From positions 186,001 through 250,000 of the forward strand of contig JAAOMT010000275.1 in NCBI GenBank assembly GCA_016748015.1: a stretch of DNA of 64,000 bases, read 5' to 3'. The position numbers and the translations under genes are program-made. The notes beneath the pieces were generated by a model. The model made no database searches, had not been told where the DNA came from, and saw nothing but the letters and a program-made list of their open reading frames with translations. The stretch comes from Geosiphon pyriformis uo1 (lineage: Eukaryota > Fungi > Glomeromycota). Positions within the stretch are counted from its first letter, which is position 1. Each line of letters opens with the position of its first letter. Shown here piece after piece: positions 39,327 to 64,000 of the stretch.

Positions 39327-39399
39327 AATTTAATTTATCGATTACAGTTAAATAACAGAAGTGTCCTTAAAAATTGTAGTTGATTTTTCAAATTTGGCA

Positions 39400-40456
39400 T
39401 AGTTTGATAAATGACAAATTTTTTGGAAAAGAATATATTAATATATTTTAATTAATATTGGTAATTTTTATTAAATAAAAATACATGTGATTAATAAGAT
39501 TTTCAATAAAAATTGTGATCAATTTGAAATAGTATAAAACTTTAATAAATTTTTTATTAATATTTAAGTTAAAATATTATAATTGTGCAATAATTTAGAA
39601 AAAACAAAATTAAGATTTTTAATTTTATTTAATAAAGACCAAATCTTGTTTTTTTAGGCAATTTTTATAATATGTTTTAAAAAGAATTAAATTTTTATTA
39701 AATAATTATTAGATATAAGAATTAATTAATATTTGTAATATTTTCTATTTTATTATTTATATTGTTAAATTAGAATACATAAAATAATAAAATAATAAAA
39801 AATTTAAAATATAAAACTATGCAGAAAAAAACTAGCAGTTTTATAAAGTAATTAATATTGTAAAAAGTTGTTAGTATTTTGGCCGACAAATTAAATAGTT
39901 AATATAGATATATTTATTGTAATAAAAAAAAGCTTTGTTTGAAATTCGATCTTTTTTTAGTCTTTGTTAGAATCTTTTCTAGCATTTACAGTATATATAG
40001 CAGTATAGACTCAATTTTTATAATACTCTTTTTTTACAATAAAAGCTTTAAAACAAGATGGTTTTTAAACATTTTATTTAGAAGCTGTCAGTTTATTAAC
40101 AAGTTTGAAACATTAAAACAAAAAGCATTTATCGAATATAAAGCATAAATTGTTTTTTAAACCAAAAAAAGATTGAATTTTATTCATTATACTTTCTTTA
40201 AAGTAAACTAAATTGTATTTTAAAATGTGACAAAACTGGTTTTAGTTTTTTATAAGTTTCTCTTGTTAAAAAAATTTTTTTTTAACTCACTCAATGAGAA
40301 GTTTCTTTTTTTATTATTTTTATATTAAAAATCAAATAAATATAATTGATTTTAAGATACATATTTTTTTAATTGCAAATATAAAAATTATTAAATAAAT
40401 TTAGATTAAAATCAATTTTATAATTGATAAAATGCAACAACAACAACAACAACAAC

Positions 40457-40500
<44 letters not shown>

Positions 40501-40750
40501 AATAATAATAATAATAACACTTAATTTTTTAATAAAACTAATAATACTCTTAAATAAAATATTTTTACATTGAATAAAAAATTATTTTACAAAAAAAATC
40601 TTTTAAAATTTTTTTTTATTAGTTAAAAAAATTAAAATCAATATTATTAAATCAATTAATTAAAGTTTGATAACAAACAAGTTATATATATATATATATA
40701 TATATATTCTTAAGATTAAATTATTTAATATTGTTTTTTACATTCAAATT
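39400..40750. other. AT-rich, CpG-poor island (probable TE relic) with (CAA)n/(AAT)n/(TA)n repeats
   Basis: Composition matches the TE zone; no recognisable domain. Confidence 0.45.
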
Positions 40751-41309
40751 ATTAGTTCTGAATAAAACTCATCCAAAGACGAGAATTCTTTTAAATCAAA
40801 TGAAATTATAGGAGAAACGAAATTTCAAGACGCAAAATTCCAACAGAATCAATTTTTAACGGTCCATTTTATAATAACGGGATGTGAAGAATAATTTTTT
40901 ATAATAAACCAGCAACAAAAATTGAAAATTCAAAAGTTTCTTGAAGTCTTGGTGAGCAGCTTAGACCTTTGATCGAGTAAAACTCTAAATTGAGAAATTT
41001 CATTTGAACCGTCCTTCATTGTCTAAATATTGAGTGGCTTTAAATTTACGTGCACACAAATATTTACGTAAATTTTGTCTAAAAAATACGGCACTTCTCA
41101 GTGGAGGTTTCAATAACTTATTCGGAATAAGCAATCTAATGACACAACGTAAATGTATTTAAATAATTGATAGGGTTTGACTTTTTGAGATAAATAAAGT
41201 TAAGAAGGCTTTGAGAAATGAAGCTCCATAATTAAATGAGAATTTTACGAATTTTTTTTTCCCATATAGAAAGAAAATTTGAATATAACTAGGCATTTTT
41301 TTAAAGCAT

Positions 41310-42650
41310 TCAAGAACTCTGGTCATTATAACTTTTATACTTGCTACGACATTTTCCCATTTCATACCCGAAATAAGGACCTTGCCTTACAATCGACCTG
41401 TTAATTAAAATCTCTCCTCGGAATTTTTTGTTACATTTCTAAAATGGGGTTTGAAAATATCTTAGTTTACTCAAAAAAGTGGAAGACATTTAGAAAAAAA
41501 CAATACTTACTGGGTGTTCAGTCTGAACCTTCATGTGACAATTATAAATAAGGGGGTAAGAACCAAATTCTGAATCTTGGCAATCACAATTGTCATATGG
41601 AATCCAATACTCGGTATTTGGATGCCGGAAATTCTTTTCCAAAAATAATGGAACAAAGTCATTGCCAAACGTAACGCGATTTATTTGAATAGGAAAGGAA
41701 ATGAGACGAACAAATGCTGCATCACCAATTCTTGGAGCTCCAAATGTGGTTACTTCAATTTTATGTTTTTTGAACATTTTGCTCGTGATTAGCCAAAAGT
41801 CAATTGCGGCATAGATTGCCAGAGCTTTCTTAAAAGTTTTGATTAGAATCAAATTCATAAATTGATGTAGTTTAAGCATAAAAATATTCAAAAATCGTAC
41901 CTACCTCCACCCTCACCATGACCCGTAAACAAAAACGTATAATTTTTATTGTCCAAGTATTTCTTAAGAAGATTCAAAACCTTGTCCTTCAATTTTCTTT
42001 TATATCTTTCGTAGGATTCCCATGGTACTTTCAAATTATAGTGGATACCGAACCCACCAAATTTCACAATCTTATTAGTCCCAGAATAATCCCAGTGGCG
42101 CATTCTATCATAGGTTAAGTCTCGCCCTTTGATCTGTATTATTATTGCACGCTGAAATCCATTTTTAATTTGAATCGATTCGTAACTTGGGGTCACCCAT
42201 GCTACGTTAAAGCATTTTGAAAATATAATGTATAGATTAAAAAAACCTTTTTTATTTTTAAAAAGCCAGCAAGTTTATTAGTTAATAACTACCGTAAATG
42301 TCTTTTTCGACAAACCCACTTTCAGGCAATAAACAATAGGTTTGATGGGCATAATAAGCCATTTCAGCTAATAACTTCAACTTAAACAAATCCTTTAGTG
42401 GAGTTGGTTTAGGTACTTTGAATGCCCTTTTGGTGAAATTGTAATTTTGTGGTACTTTAAGATACTCTGAAAGATTTGAATGAAAATAGTGTCCCTTGAG
42501 AATATTTTCAACAACGGTATTAGAAACATTGTGGTATGGCTCCAATTTATTATTGACAAAATGATTATGAAAAAGATTTGAGATAACAAACAGAATGGTA
42601 GTGAAAATGAAGAAAGCGTGTGTCTGTTGGGAAAATTTGAGGTAAATCAT
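41310..42650 (-). CDS. Class-3 lipase-like alpha/beta hydrolase, 4 exons, N-terminal hydrophobic segment, predicted inactive
   Basis: Exons 42650-~42293, ~42201-~41905, ~41824-41511, 41438-41310. Motifs AYYAHQTYC, FLFTGHGEGGALA, VTTFGAPRIGD, RVTFGNDFVP, HPNTEYWI, RQGPYFG. Confidence 0.85.
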
Positions 42651-43690
42651 ATTTGAATTTGCGTTGGTACTCTAGGAAAAAGTTTGATAGTTTAGATTTT
42701 TTGCGAGAAATTTTATGGAAAGTCTAACACTCCAAATATAGGAAAGTTTGGATATTTATTTAGAAGAGATAAAAAGGATACCAATATTTTTAAAGGATAA
42801 ACTAAACAATCTATCTAATTTAAAAAAGTTAACTTTTTCGGGTTAACATTTTAGACAAAAGAAGATTAGTTTTAGAAAATATTGTATCAAAATTTAAATA
42901 TTAAAAAAAAAATTTTTTTCATTGACATTAAAACATATACTATTGAGTTAAGCGAGTAATCAATAATAAAATTTGAAAGTAAAAAAATTAGCGAGAATTG
43001 GAACCACTGTTTCAACTTGTAACTAAAAAAACGACAAGTTATTAAAATCTTTTATATCTAGAGTTAAAGGAACAAATTAGCAAACAATTTTTTTGCTCTT
43101 CGCTAACTTGTCAATTGGAAGCATCAAAACTGTGTCGTAAAGTATTATTCTGACAGTTGTATGTATGTATGTATGTATGTATGTATCAGTATAAAATTTA
43201 ATTTCAAGAATTTTTCTTTTTGAGACTGCTGCAAACCAAATAATCATTTTCAAAGAGATTTTTATTTCAACTTGATTTTTTTGTATGATATTGAATATTT
43301 TTATGCTTAATGATTTGTCAAAACCAGCCAGTCTTATTGTGATAAGCTCTACTTTGACCTTTTGACATTATGAAAGGCAATGGTAAAAAGAACGATAACG
43401 ATAACGATGATTATAACTATAACAATAACAATATTAATTATTTGTAAATTTAAAATATAAATAATGACACTTGAGTGAAGATTTTTATTTGTTGATAAAT
43501 TGGTGGATCAATCTTTAATTTACTTTATATTCTCTAGCGAAAATATTGCTCCCCTTGAATCCAAATCTTTTAATAAAATCTCTGTCAAATTTTACTCCTT
43601 TAGGTGAGACCCCATCCAAGAAAATTAGAAATTCTTAAATTTCAAAACAAGTCAATAAAATAAACTTTATCATCTTAATTAGAAAAACTA

Positions 43691-44928
43691 TCATAAATTT
43701 ATCTTTTTTTGTGCAAAGACTTTCTGGGGCTTGATAAAAGTTTTACACACATCAACCTCAGTTGAGAAATCTTGCAATTTCTGAAAATATTGTCTTTCTC
43801 CTAATTTCATATGTCCCATTAGATTTGGACCAAGCAATGTGAAAATTTTATGATATATTCCGTGGGTAAATTCACCTAAAAATTTTGAAATTTCATGAAA
43901 GAATCGAAATGTTAAAACATTGAAACTAAAATTGAGAATTAAAGAAATTCTCATTACCTGTTTTACCGCCCCAACCTCCCACCGGTACCATTGCTTCTTC
44001 GGACATAATTTCTTCAAAATTACCCTCACTCTTTAATAACTCTGGGAACCGTAAAAATATAGATGGATCAATCTTGTTAACCTCAAGCTCTTTTCTTGCT
44101 GTTATGATGAAAAAGATTAAATTAAATTGGGAGGGGGAGGGGGAATTTTTATTAATAATAACAATCAACTTTTACAATTAAAGGAAAACAAAAAGGGGGG
44201 GGGAATTCAACTCACTGGCTTCAATTAAACTAGACCCAACCGTCCCACAATTAAATAGAAATGGAGGGGCTTCCACAATCTGTATTTAATTATTTCTCAA
44301 TCTATCAAATTGTTATTTCTAAAAGTAAAAAACAAATAAACAAACAAACAAATAAACAAACAAACAAACAAGTAATTTCTTTACCTCTATCCAACCACCA
44401 GGTTTAAGAACCCTTGTAACTTCTTTAATCACAAACTCTTCCCATTGAGTACGCGTGAATGAGCTACACATTAATCTTAAATAAAGAAAATCAAAATTCC
44501 CATCCTGAAAGGGCAATCCTTCAAGAATATTCCTGTTATGAACATGAACATTACTCGGCTTTAATTCTTCACATAATATATAAGATTTTTCAATTCCGTG
44601 AAAGGTACTATTTGGGAAATCGGATGCCATATCCGTAATCCATGTGCCCGGACCAGACCCAAAGTCTAGGACTACTGCACCAGACTTCAAGATTTCTTTA
44701 ATTGGGGATGAAAAATTTCCATTGAAAACTGATTTGAACAAGTGGTGACATGCTTGCATTCGTTCAACTAAGAAAAGTTTTAATTTCAACATACGACTTT
44801 TTTAAGCTTTGAGAGATTAAAAATTTCAATAACGATCATTAAATACCTTCAACGTCATTAATAGGAAATATGTATTGATATGAGGTATCTTTATTGACCG
44901 ACTCTTGCCGCGATAGAGAGGTCCCCAT
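43691..44928 (-). CDS. Class I SAM-dependent methyltransferase (LaeA-like), 5 exons
   Basis: MGTSLS..YIFPINDVEVERM; VLDFGSGPGTW (motif I); GLPFQDGNFDFLYLR; RVLKPGGWIE; VPVGGWGG. GT-AG introns join the frames. Confidence 0.88.
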
Positions 44929-44999
44929 TTCTTAGTTAGAAATAAAAAAGAAATAAAAAAGAAAAAGAATGTGGCAGGGTTAGTTGAGTTGGGTAAGGA

Positions 45000-56120
<11,121 letters not shown>

Positions 56121-56153
56121 CACTACTACCACTACTACAAACTCTCAATTAAA

Positions 56154-56828
56154 ATGGATTTGGATTGGTGTCTCACTTGTTCGCAACATACTTCGGTAAA
56201 TTTTCATAATCTAAATATGACAGATGATAGCCATTCATTTTTTTTATCATACTAATACTTTAATATTTATAAATAGGGTACACTTTACTGTTCAGAAGTA
56301 TGTCGTCTCCAAGATATGGGTGGTCATCCTACTTTTACCAACACCAACACTCTCACAACATTTCCCAATTCCTCCTCATCACCATTCGCATCTTCATTTT
56401 TCGCAACTAAACGTTACCATAAAAATTTCCCAATATCAAACCTCGTATCTTCTTCTTCGGCATCGTCATCGTCATCACAATTAAAAAAATCAAAAAATTA
56501 TTTAGAAAAAACTCTTTATCCGGTTCCTTCTGCTGCTACTCATCATCCTGCGATAATATACGCACGATTGAAGAAAATGGATTCATCATATTTGACATCG
56601 ACTCTTCATTCATCCGATGTTAATCAATCAAAGTATACCACTTTTTACAATGGTAACCCTACTCCTCTTGCCCGTGGTGGGGTCACATCTACGAATAATT
56701 ATTTTCAAAATAATCAAAGTCACTATCGACATCAACGAAATCAATATCATCATCATCATCCTCATCATCATCATCCTCATCATCCTCATCATTATCAACC
56801 TTTGCAACGCGTACCCGTGATGATATAA
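56154..56828 (+). CDS. Ecl1-family (life-span regulatory factor) zinc-finger protein, 2 exons (56154-56195, 56277-56828), ~197 aa
   Basis: Splicing GTAAAT..ACTAAT..TAG gives MDLDWCLTCSQHTSGTLYCSEVCRLQD, the Ecl1 C-x2-C...LYCS-x2-C-x3-D signature, followed by a Ser-rich, His-rich tail. Confidence 0.8.
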
Positions 56829-57328
56829 AACTTTTATGAACGCGTTCCTAAATAAATACGTTTTTCGTTCCCTAAAAATAAAAAAAATTTCAAACGTTAA
56901 AAGGTTTACCTTTGCGTTGTACCTCTTGTATCTAATAATATTAAATAGTTTCCTCTTTAATATCTTTAAAATTTTAGCTCAAAAACAAAAGAGAACTTTT
57001 AGAATGTCCTCTTTTTTCTGAATACATTTTATCAATCAATCAATCAATCATTCATTCGTCTATCCCATCCCATTTCATTCATTCATTCATTCCTTCCTTT
57101 ATATCATTTTTAGTCACTGTGTGTAGGAAAGTAAACCTACCAAAAATTCAAAAAGACTTTATTATATATACTTGTTTTTACTCGTGTTATAAACTCTCAT
57201 TGAACCTCATTTCTTTTTTAAAAATTTTATTGTTGTAAATATAAAAAAAAAACAAAATTTTCTTGTCAATTTTACTTTTTATTGTTTTAAATGAATTTCG
57301 CTCAATCACTCTCATTTGCTCTCATTTG

Positions 57329-57369
<41 letters not shown>

Positions 57370-57457
57370 ACATTTGCTCACTTTTATTCATTTATCCAGT
57401 TAAAATCTTCAAAGGACTTCGATTCATAAGAATAACTCCTCAATTTGTAGTAGTAGT

Positions 57458-57496
<39 letters not shown>

Positions 57497-58220
57497 TTAA
57501 CAGAGTTTATCATATAGTGTGTGTTTTCACTAATTTCTTTTAAGAGTTTATACGTACTATACAAAAATTGTCCCTTCATTATTCTTTGTAGGTTTAGAAA
57601 CTCGAAGAAAATCACAAAGAATTAATAAATAATAAACAAGATTTAAAACCTTGTTTTTTTTTAAAAAAAAATTTGATATCTTTCCAATTGAAGTTGCCAC
57701 CAAAATTACATTTTCTTGTGTATAAAGAAATTTTTATAATTGAAGGAATTTTTATTCTAAAGATATATTTTTCGTCTTGGATTCACAAACATTGATACAT
57801 AGTTTTTCGTCTTTTCACTGGAAATAAATTATCATAAAAGTAAATAACAAAAAATCTTTATACGTAGTTCGATACAAAATCTTTGTGATACTTTTTTCTT
57901 TTACCCTTTTTTTTTTCCCAAACACAAATGCCGCACATTCATCTCAACATTCACGCTCGTTCATTACACTTAAACATACGTGACACACCCAAAAAAAAGA
58001 AAAGTAAACACAATTTCAAATTTTATCTTTTTTTTTTTTCGTTTGTGTCTCAAACGATGAACAAAGAAAGAAATACTCATATTAAGGATTAGGGAAAAAT
58101 CAAATTCGTGATTATAAACATGGAGGAAAAAAGAACAAACCTTTAGATAAACATATTCTTTCATCTAAATCGTGTTACGTTGCATTGGGTAAGACATTTA
58201 TAAATTTTTACTTTTTTTTA

Positions 58221-58279
<59 letters not shown>

Positions 58280-58860
58280 TCATAAATTGATTTTAAATCT
58301 CGGGGCGTATCTTGGCAAAAAAAGGTAGCTTTAAAAATGTTTGAAACTAGTTTTTAAATTTGGTGGTCAAGGATTTATTTTGCCTAAAAACCAAACTGGT
58401 TTTTCTGCATGGGGGGTGATACGTTTTTGGTAATGACGATGTGATGACGGTAGAAGGGGATATTATGATGACTATGACGACCACGACGACCCACGACGAC
58501 TACAAAAACGACGGTAAAAAGAAACGGTTTTCGAAAATTCCAGTTTTTTTTAGTAAATGTTTTAAAGTTGAGTTATACGGGGTGAGTCATAAATAGTTGG
58601 GTAGAAAAAATCAATTAAAGTTATCTTGGATCATCAAATCTATTGATAAATTTTGTAAACAATAATCAATAAATGGTTAGTCATTAAAATGAACTAGTTT
58701 GATTCTGGGAATCGTGTTAAAGAAATAACTGGTAGTATTAGTACAATAAAAAACGTTATTTGACTACCCGCCCGCAGCCGATGGAATTACCAATTCGAAA
58801 TTCCCCGATCGAGATAATTTTTAAAGATTTATCGTCACTGTTTTTTGTATTATTATTATC

Positions 58861-58905
<45 letters not shown>

Positions 58906-59089
58906 ATTATAATCATCACTATTCTTGCTAAAAAAATTTTACCAAAAATCTGGTCGCAAAAGAATCTAGACTTTTTTAATGTTAATGCGCAAACATGGCT
59001 CATTGCTTATTACGTCACGCGTTGTAACCGCATCAGGTATTCATACGTGGAGAATTTTATTCGACGCACAGTATGAGATAAGTATAACT

Positions 59090-59133
<44 letters not shown>

Positions 59134-61103
59134 TTATCATTATTTTATTGTGCAACCCATGCGTTTTTAGTAGAAATGAGATATTATTGTGATACCTTTA
59201 TTCGAAATGTGGACATCCAAAGACTGGGTACCCGCCCCGTGGTAAATTCCGTGTTCAAATATAAAGGTGTTTTCACTGTTAAGGAAATTATAGTACAGAT
59301 TTACCATGCATTTTATTAAATTACAGAGTCCCAAATTACATTATATATCACTATGAGGCTATCATGACTACAGAACTTTATTGAACGAGTAACTTTACAA
59401 GAACCTAAAGGATCCCATACTGTTTATCATGTCTGACTACATATCGGGACGGTTGACTGATAAAAAATATATAGGTTGTGCTTTGGAATTTTCTTTTTTT
59501 TATTTTATATTTTTTTCGGAATATGAATAATTATAATTGAATTGGTAAAGAGAGAGGAAATAATAAGAGAATAAAAGTCAAAAAGTATTGGATACCTGAA
59601 TCATGTTGTTGTTATTGTTATTATTATTCTTGTTGTTGTTGTTTACAACTAAAATAGAAAAAAATATGATGCAAATTTTTTTAAAGTAAAAATATTTGTG
59701 AAAATTTAAAATAATTTTATCCTCTAAAAATATATAATTTCAAATTATGTAATTTTTAATTGAGCTTTAAAAATTGATAATTTATTATCTGCATGTCATT
59801 ATGGTTTTTAAATTTGAAAGATTGGAATAATAGAAATTTTATTCAAAAATTTTATAAAATCACTTCTTTGGATGTTTTAATAAACCTATGATACTATTGT
59901 AACTTTAAATCGATGAATTCTTTTTAGAAAAATGAGGTTGCAAAAAAAAAAATTTCCGTTTCAAAATAATTTTTTTTAAAAAAGTAGAAAAACAAACTTT
60001 TTCTTATATAGAACAAAAAAAAAGAATTTCAAATTTAAATTCTCTTCGAAAAAATTATGAATTAAAGGTAAAAAACAACTGTTAAAAATGAAAAATTTCA
60101 TGGCTACAAAAACTGTTCGAATTCATTTCTATATTCGGTACATATGTATGTATGTACCGAATGTAGAAATCTATGCATCTTGTCAATCTAACCCATTAAA
60201 ATTTTTACTTTGGTCAAAAGATAAACTTTTTCTGGACACGACTTGATAATCTTATTTTTTAATTGTTTCTATTAAATGTCACTTGGCAATATTTGTCTGT
60301 CCTAATAAAAAAGGGGTTAAATTTTTTATTATGAATTTCATCTTTTTAAACTCTTTTGTTAAAGTGATTTGTTTGATCTTCGGAAAAAGTTCATGGAGAT
60401 CGTAAAATACACAAACAAAATTCATTCTCAAAAAGATTACAAATATTTAACAACCCCATATTTTAAAGTCTACCAACGAGTGAAAAATAATATTTCGTTA
60501 AAAAATATTTTCACTTAATTTTGGCAAAACTAGGTCAGAAAACAGAAATACCCGGAATTCTTTTAATTTTTAAATTGGGTTCATTGTGTTTTAGTTTGGT
60601 TCTTGAATCCCAGTGCATGAGTTCTCAAAGTTTTATTTAATGCTATTATTTTGTTAGTTGTAAAGAGTCTACAAATATGTTGTCCTATTATCTCTTTATT
60701 TAGATTATAGACCTAATTTTTTGTTGAATAATTTTCCAATACCAAAAAATTAACTCACTGAATTAAAACCCATTTTCCCAATTTGTTTTTCAAAGAAATG
60801 GGAATTTCATTGCGGATATTTTGAATCTGTAAAAATGATCTCATTTAGATCATCAGCCATGCTTTTGTTTTTTGCTTTTTAAAAACAAACATATCTCTCT
60901 ACTAATATGGTCGAATGAGCTTAATTCGGAGAAAATCTTCAGTAATATTTTTCCTTTTCTCATGGAATTCTTTCGAATAAAGTTTTAAAATGAATCTGAA
61001 AACGTTTTGGTTTTTTTTTTTTTTGAATGGAATATTCCGGTAAAAAAAAAATTGTTTTTTCGACATGCATCTATCAGAAAAGGAGATAAAATTTTGAAAA
61101 AGA

Positions 61104-61467
61104 ATGTCATCGAACAATCAAAGTGATTGTTATAATCATGATCTACGCTCGGAAAGAATTTGGGCTTTTGGGGGGCGATTTGTTGCAGGAGTGGGAAAAC
61201 TGGATTCCGATTTTTTTTTTTCAAGAACCCGAAAACAGTACTCATATTGTTATGATGTTTCGAATTTAACCGAATTTTGGATGCGTGGGAATGAACATTT
61301 TGAATTTCTTTATTTATGGAATAACAAATTGTCGCCATTAATTTTGGGAAATTCATTCGAGGACATGGCTAAATTACGAGATATCTGGTAAATAATTACT
61401 CGTTTTTAATCTAAAGCTAAAATTGATCACACTTCTCAGGTCAGACTTGGAATATATACGAGTTTAG
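61104..61467 (+). CDS. Possible small gene or gene fragment, unknown product
   Basis: 95-codon ATG ORF with non-repetitive composition; its stop overlaps a GTAAAT donor, with a TCTCAG acceptor at ~61439. Confidence 0.25.
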
Positions 61468-61899
61468 ATTGGTTCTTTATTCGAATTTTCGAAAAGTACA
61501 ATAGGTTCAATTGTGAGAATTTTTTTTTTCAATAAATGTTGTCATATTGATATTATAATAATAATAATTATTCCACTCAGGAAAGAAAGGATGAATCCTA
61601 TGGATTGGTTAGATGAAACGAAAAATTTTACTCCAACTTTTGCTAATTGTTTATCCAACAAATAATTAAAAATTTTGTCCATATTTTATGTGTAATGATT
61701 TTCGAGTTTTTTGATAATTAAAAAATAAAAATGATACGATCAAAGATTTGTTTACATGATAAACATAATTATTGTTTATAATTATAAAATTTCAATTTTC
61801 ATATCATTGAAAAAATTTTAAAATTCTTGTTTACTTATTTTTTTACTTTCTTGTTTGTCTATTTGTTTGTTTGTTTGTTTGTTTGTTTGTTTGTTTGTT

Positions 61900-64000
61900 T
61901 GCTTAGTATGTTTAAGTGTAATTGAATTTAGTTAAAAATTTTCCACAAAATTAATTTTATGTGTTTTATTTTAAGAATTTAAATTTAATTGACCAATTTT
62001 CTTATGACTTGACAACTTTAATTATTAACTTACCAAGATCTTAATTAATTTTAAACTTTTAAAAATCTGTTAATTAATAACTTAAGTGGCCATATTAAGT
62101 TTGAATTAAGCAATAGTTAAATAATTCTTGTTTATACAATAATATAAAAAGTTATTATTTTTATAAGTTTTTAAAAGTTCAAAATTAATTAAAACTTAAT
62201 AAGCTAATTAAAATTGCCAATTAATAAAAAAATATTAATTTGATTAAAAACTAATATAATAATTTATAAATTATTCAAAACAACATATTTTAATGAATTA
62301 ATAGATTTATAACAGGTTGTTACAAATCTATTAATCCAATTTTTATTATTATGTTTTAATAAATTATAATTTTATTATTAATTATAACATAAAATTCAAA
62401 ATTTTAAAATAGTTATAATTTAAGAATTTTATATATATAATTAAGTATTTAAACTAATAAAAATCAAACTAAATTTATAAAAAAAAACTTATCTAAAACA
62501 AAAATATTTTATGTAAATTGCAATTAAAATACTATTAAAAAATAAATTTATTTATAAAATAGTATATTTATATTAAATTTAATTTTAAAAGTTTAAAATT
62601 TTTAAAATATTATTAATTTATTATAAATTTATTATTTTTTTATACAAATTATTAATTATATGGCCAAATAGATTAATATTTTTATTAATTACAAAAATTC
62701 TATTATTAAATTTGGTTTTTAAAGAAAAAAATACCAATTAACTTAATAATTAAATTAACTAAAGCATTAATAAATTTAATAACAGACTTAATTAATAAAG
62801 TTAATACAACTAATTCAAATTCTAAAAAAGCCAACTTAGAACTAATTAAAAAATTTATAATAATAACAATAATAAAAACAGCCAAAAAAACAGTAACAAA
62901 AAAAATTAATAAAATAAAAATTTTAATATAAAATTTAGTATTAACAAAACAAAATTCAAAACTTTGAAACCACTTGTAAACTTGAAAAAAAAAATTTAAA
63001 AAAAAAAACAAAAATATTTTGTAATTAGTAATTAAATAATTTAATATTTAATATTTAAAACAACACTAATAATTTGAAATTTTTTATTAAATAAAATATT
63101 TTAGTTTTTATAATTGTAGTTTTAAGTTTTTATAAAAACCAAAAGTAATAATTACATATTTCAATTATTAAACAAAATTAAAAAAATCAAAAATAAAACA
63201 ATTATAATTATAAATCTAAAAAATTAATTTGTTAATTTTAAAAATTATATAATTATAAAAAAATCAACTAATTTAGTTTTGATAATATTATAAAAAACAA
63301 TAACTTTTCTTTAATTAACCAAAAAAAAATTTTAATACTATTTTTTATTATTAATATAAATTAATAAATAAAAACAATATTAATTAAAATTTTTTTAAAA
63401 TAAACAACAATATATTATTACAAATTAATATATATTAACTTAATAAAAACAATTTTATTAAAATTATTCAAAACATTTTTAATATTACAAAAAACAACAA
63501 CAAAAAAAGAAAAAAACCAATAAATATTACAAAAAACTTTGCAACTTAAAAATAAACTTAATTTATACAATAATATTTAAAATAACTTAAAATACAATTT
63601 TTATATAAAAAAATTTGGTATTGTTTTTTATAATTAAATTTAATTTTAAAAAATTATCTAAATTTTAATAATTTTATTAAACATTAAAATAAAGATTATT
63701 TATTTAACAAACTTTTAATCATTAATTTAAGTATTATTAAAAACAATATTACAAAAAAAACAAAAAAAATTGATTTTGTTTTTATCTAATTAATATAAAT
63801 TTTAAAATTAATTAATTTGATAAATTAATTAATTAAAAATATATATAAAAATATATTTTGTTTTGTTTTTAAAACTAGTAAAAATCAGCCAAAAACCAAT
63901 ATATTAGATATTATAATTAAAAATTAATTTAAATCAAAATTAGTTAATTTTATAATATTTAATAACTTTTATAAATTATAATTAACAAAAAACAATAAAC
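61900..64000 (-). mobile_element. Heavily eroded LINE copy 4 (ORF1 and start of ORF2)
   Basis: SSKLAFLEFELVVLTLLIKSVI resembles the ORF1 C-terminal coiled segment of the other copies; abrupt loss of CpG and GC after ~61.75 kb. Confidence 0.6.

Overview
Eukaryotic, very AT-rich fungal DNA with short spliceosomal introns. Gene and transposon content suggest Glomeromycotina (Geosiphon-like); this is an inference. The window has three zones. (1) 1-34.9 kb is a CpG-depleted, C>T/G>A hypermutated block of nested retrotransposons: three LINE copies (one full-length: ORF1-CCHC, ORF2 APE-RT-RNaseH, poly-A tail), a Ty3/Gypsy element with order PR-[Cys-rich]-dUTPase-RT-RH-IN plus an extra 3' ORF, two nested non-autonomous LTR elements, and solo LTRs with 4-bp target-site duplications (TSDs). 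(2) 35-61.7 kb is CpG-normal host DNA with an HRD3/SEL1L orthologue, a catalytically dead class-3 lipase, a LaeA-like SAM methyltransferase and an Ecl1-family zinc-finger gene behind an ~11-kb microsatellite-rich intergenic region. (3) 61.9-64 kb is another eroded LINE. Best leads: a conserved accessory ORF at the env position of three different Gypsy elements; non-autonomous LTR elements built around a half-dUTPase and carrying arrays of splice-donor/U1-like motifs; CpG-centred 4-bp target sites; RIP-like hypermutation; a pseudo-lipase; and a probable GA-AG intron. Everything was read by eye, so coordinates of degenerate domains are approximate.
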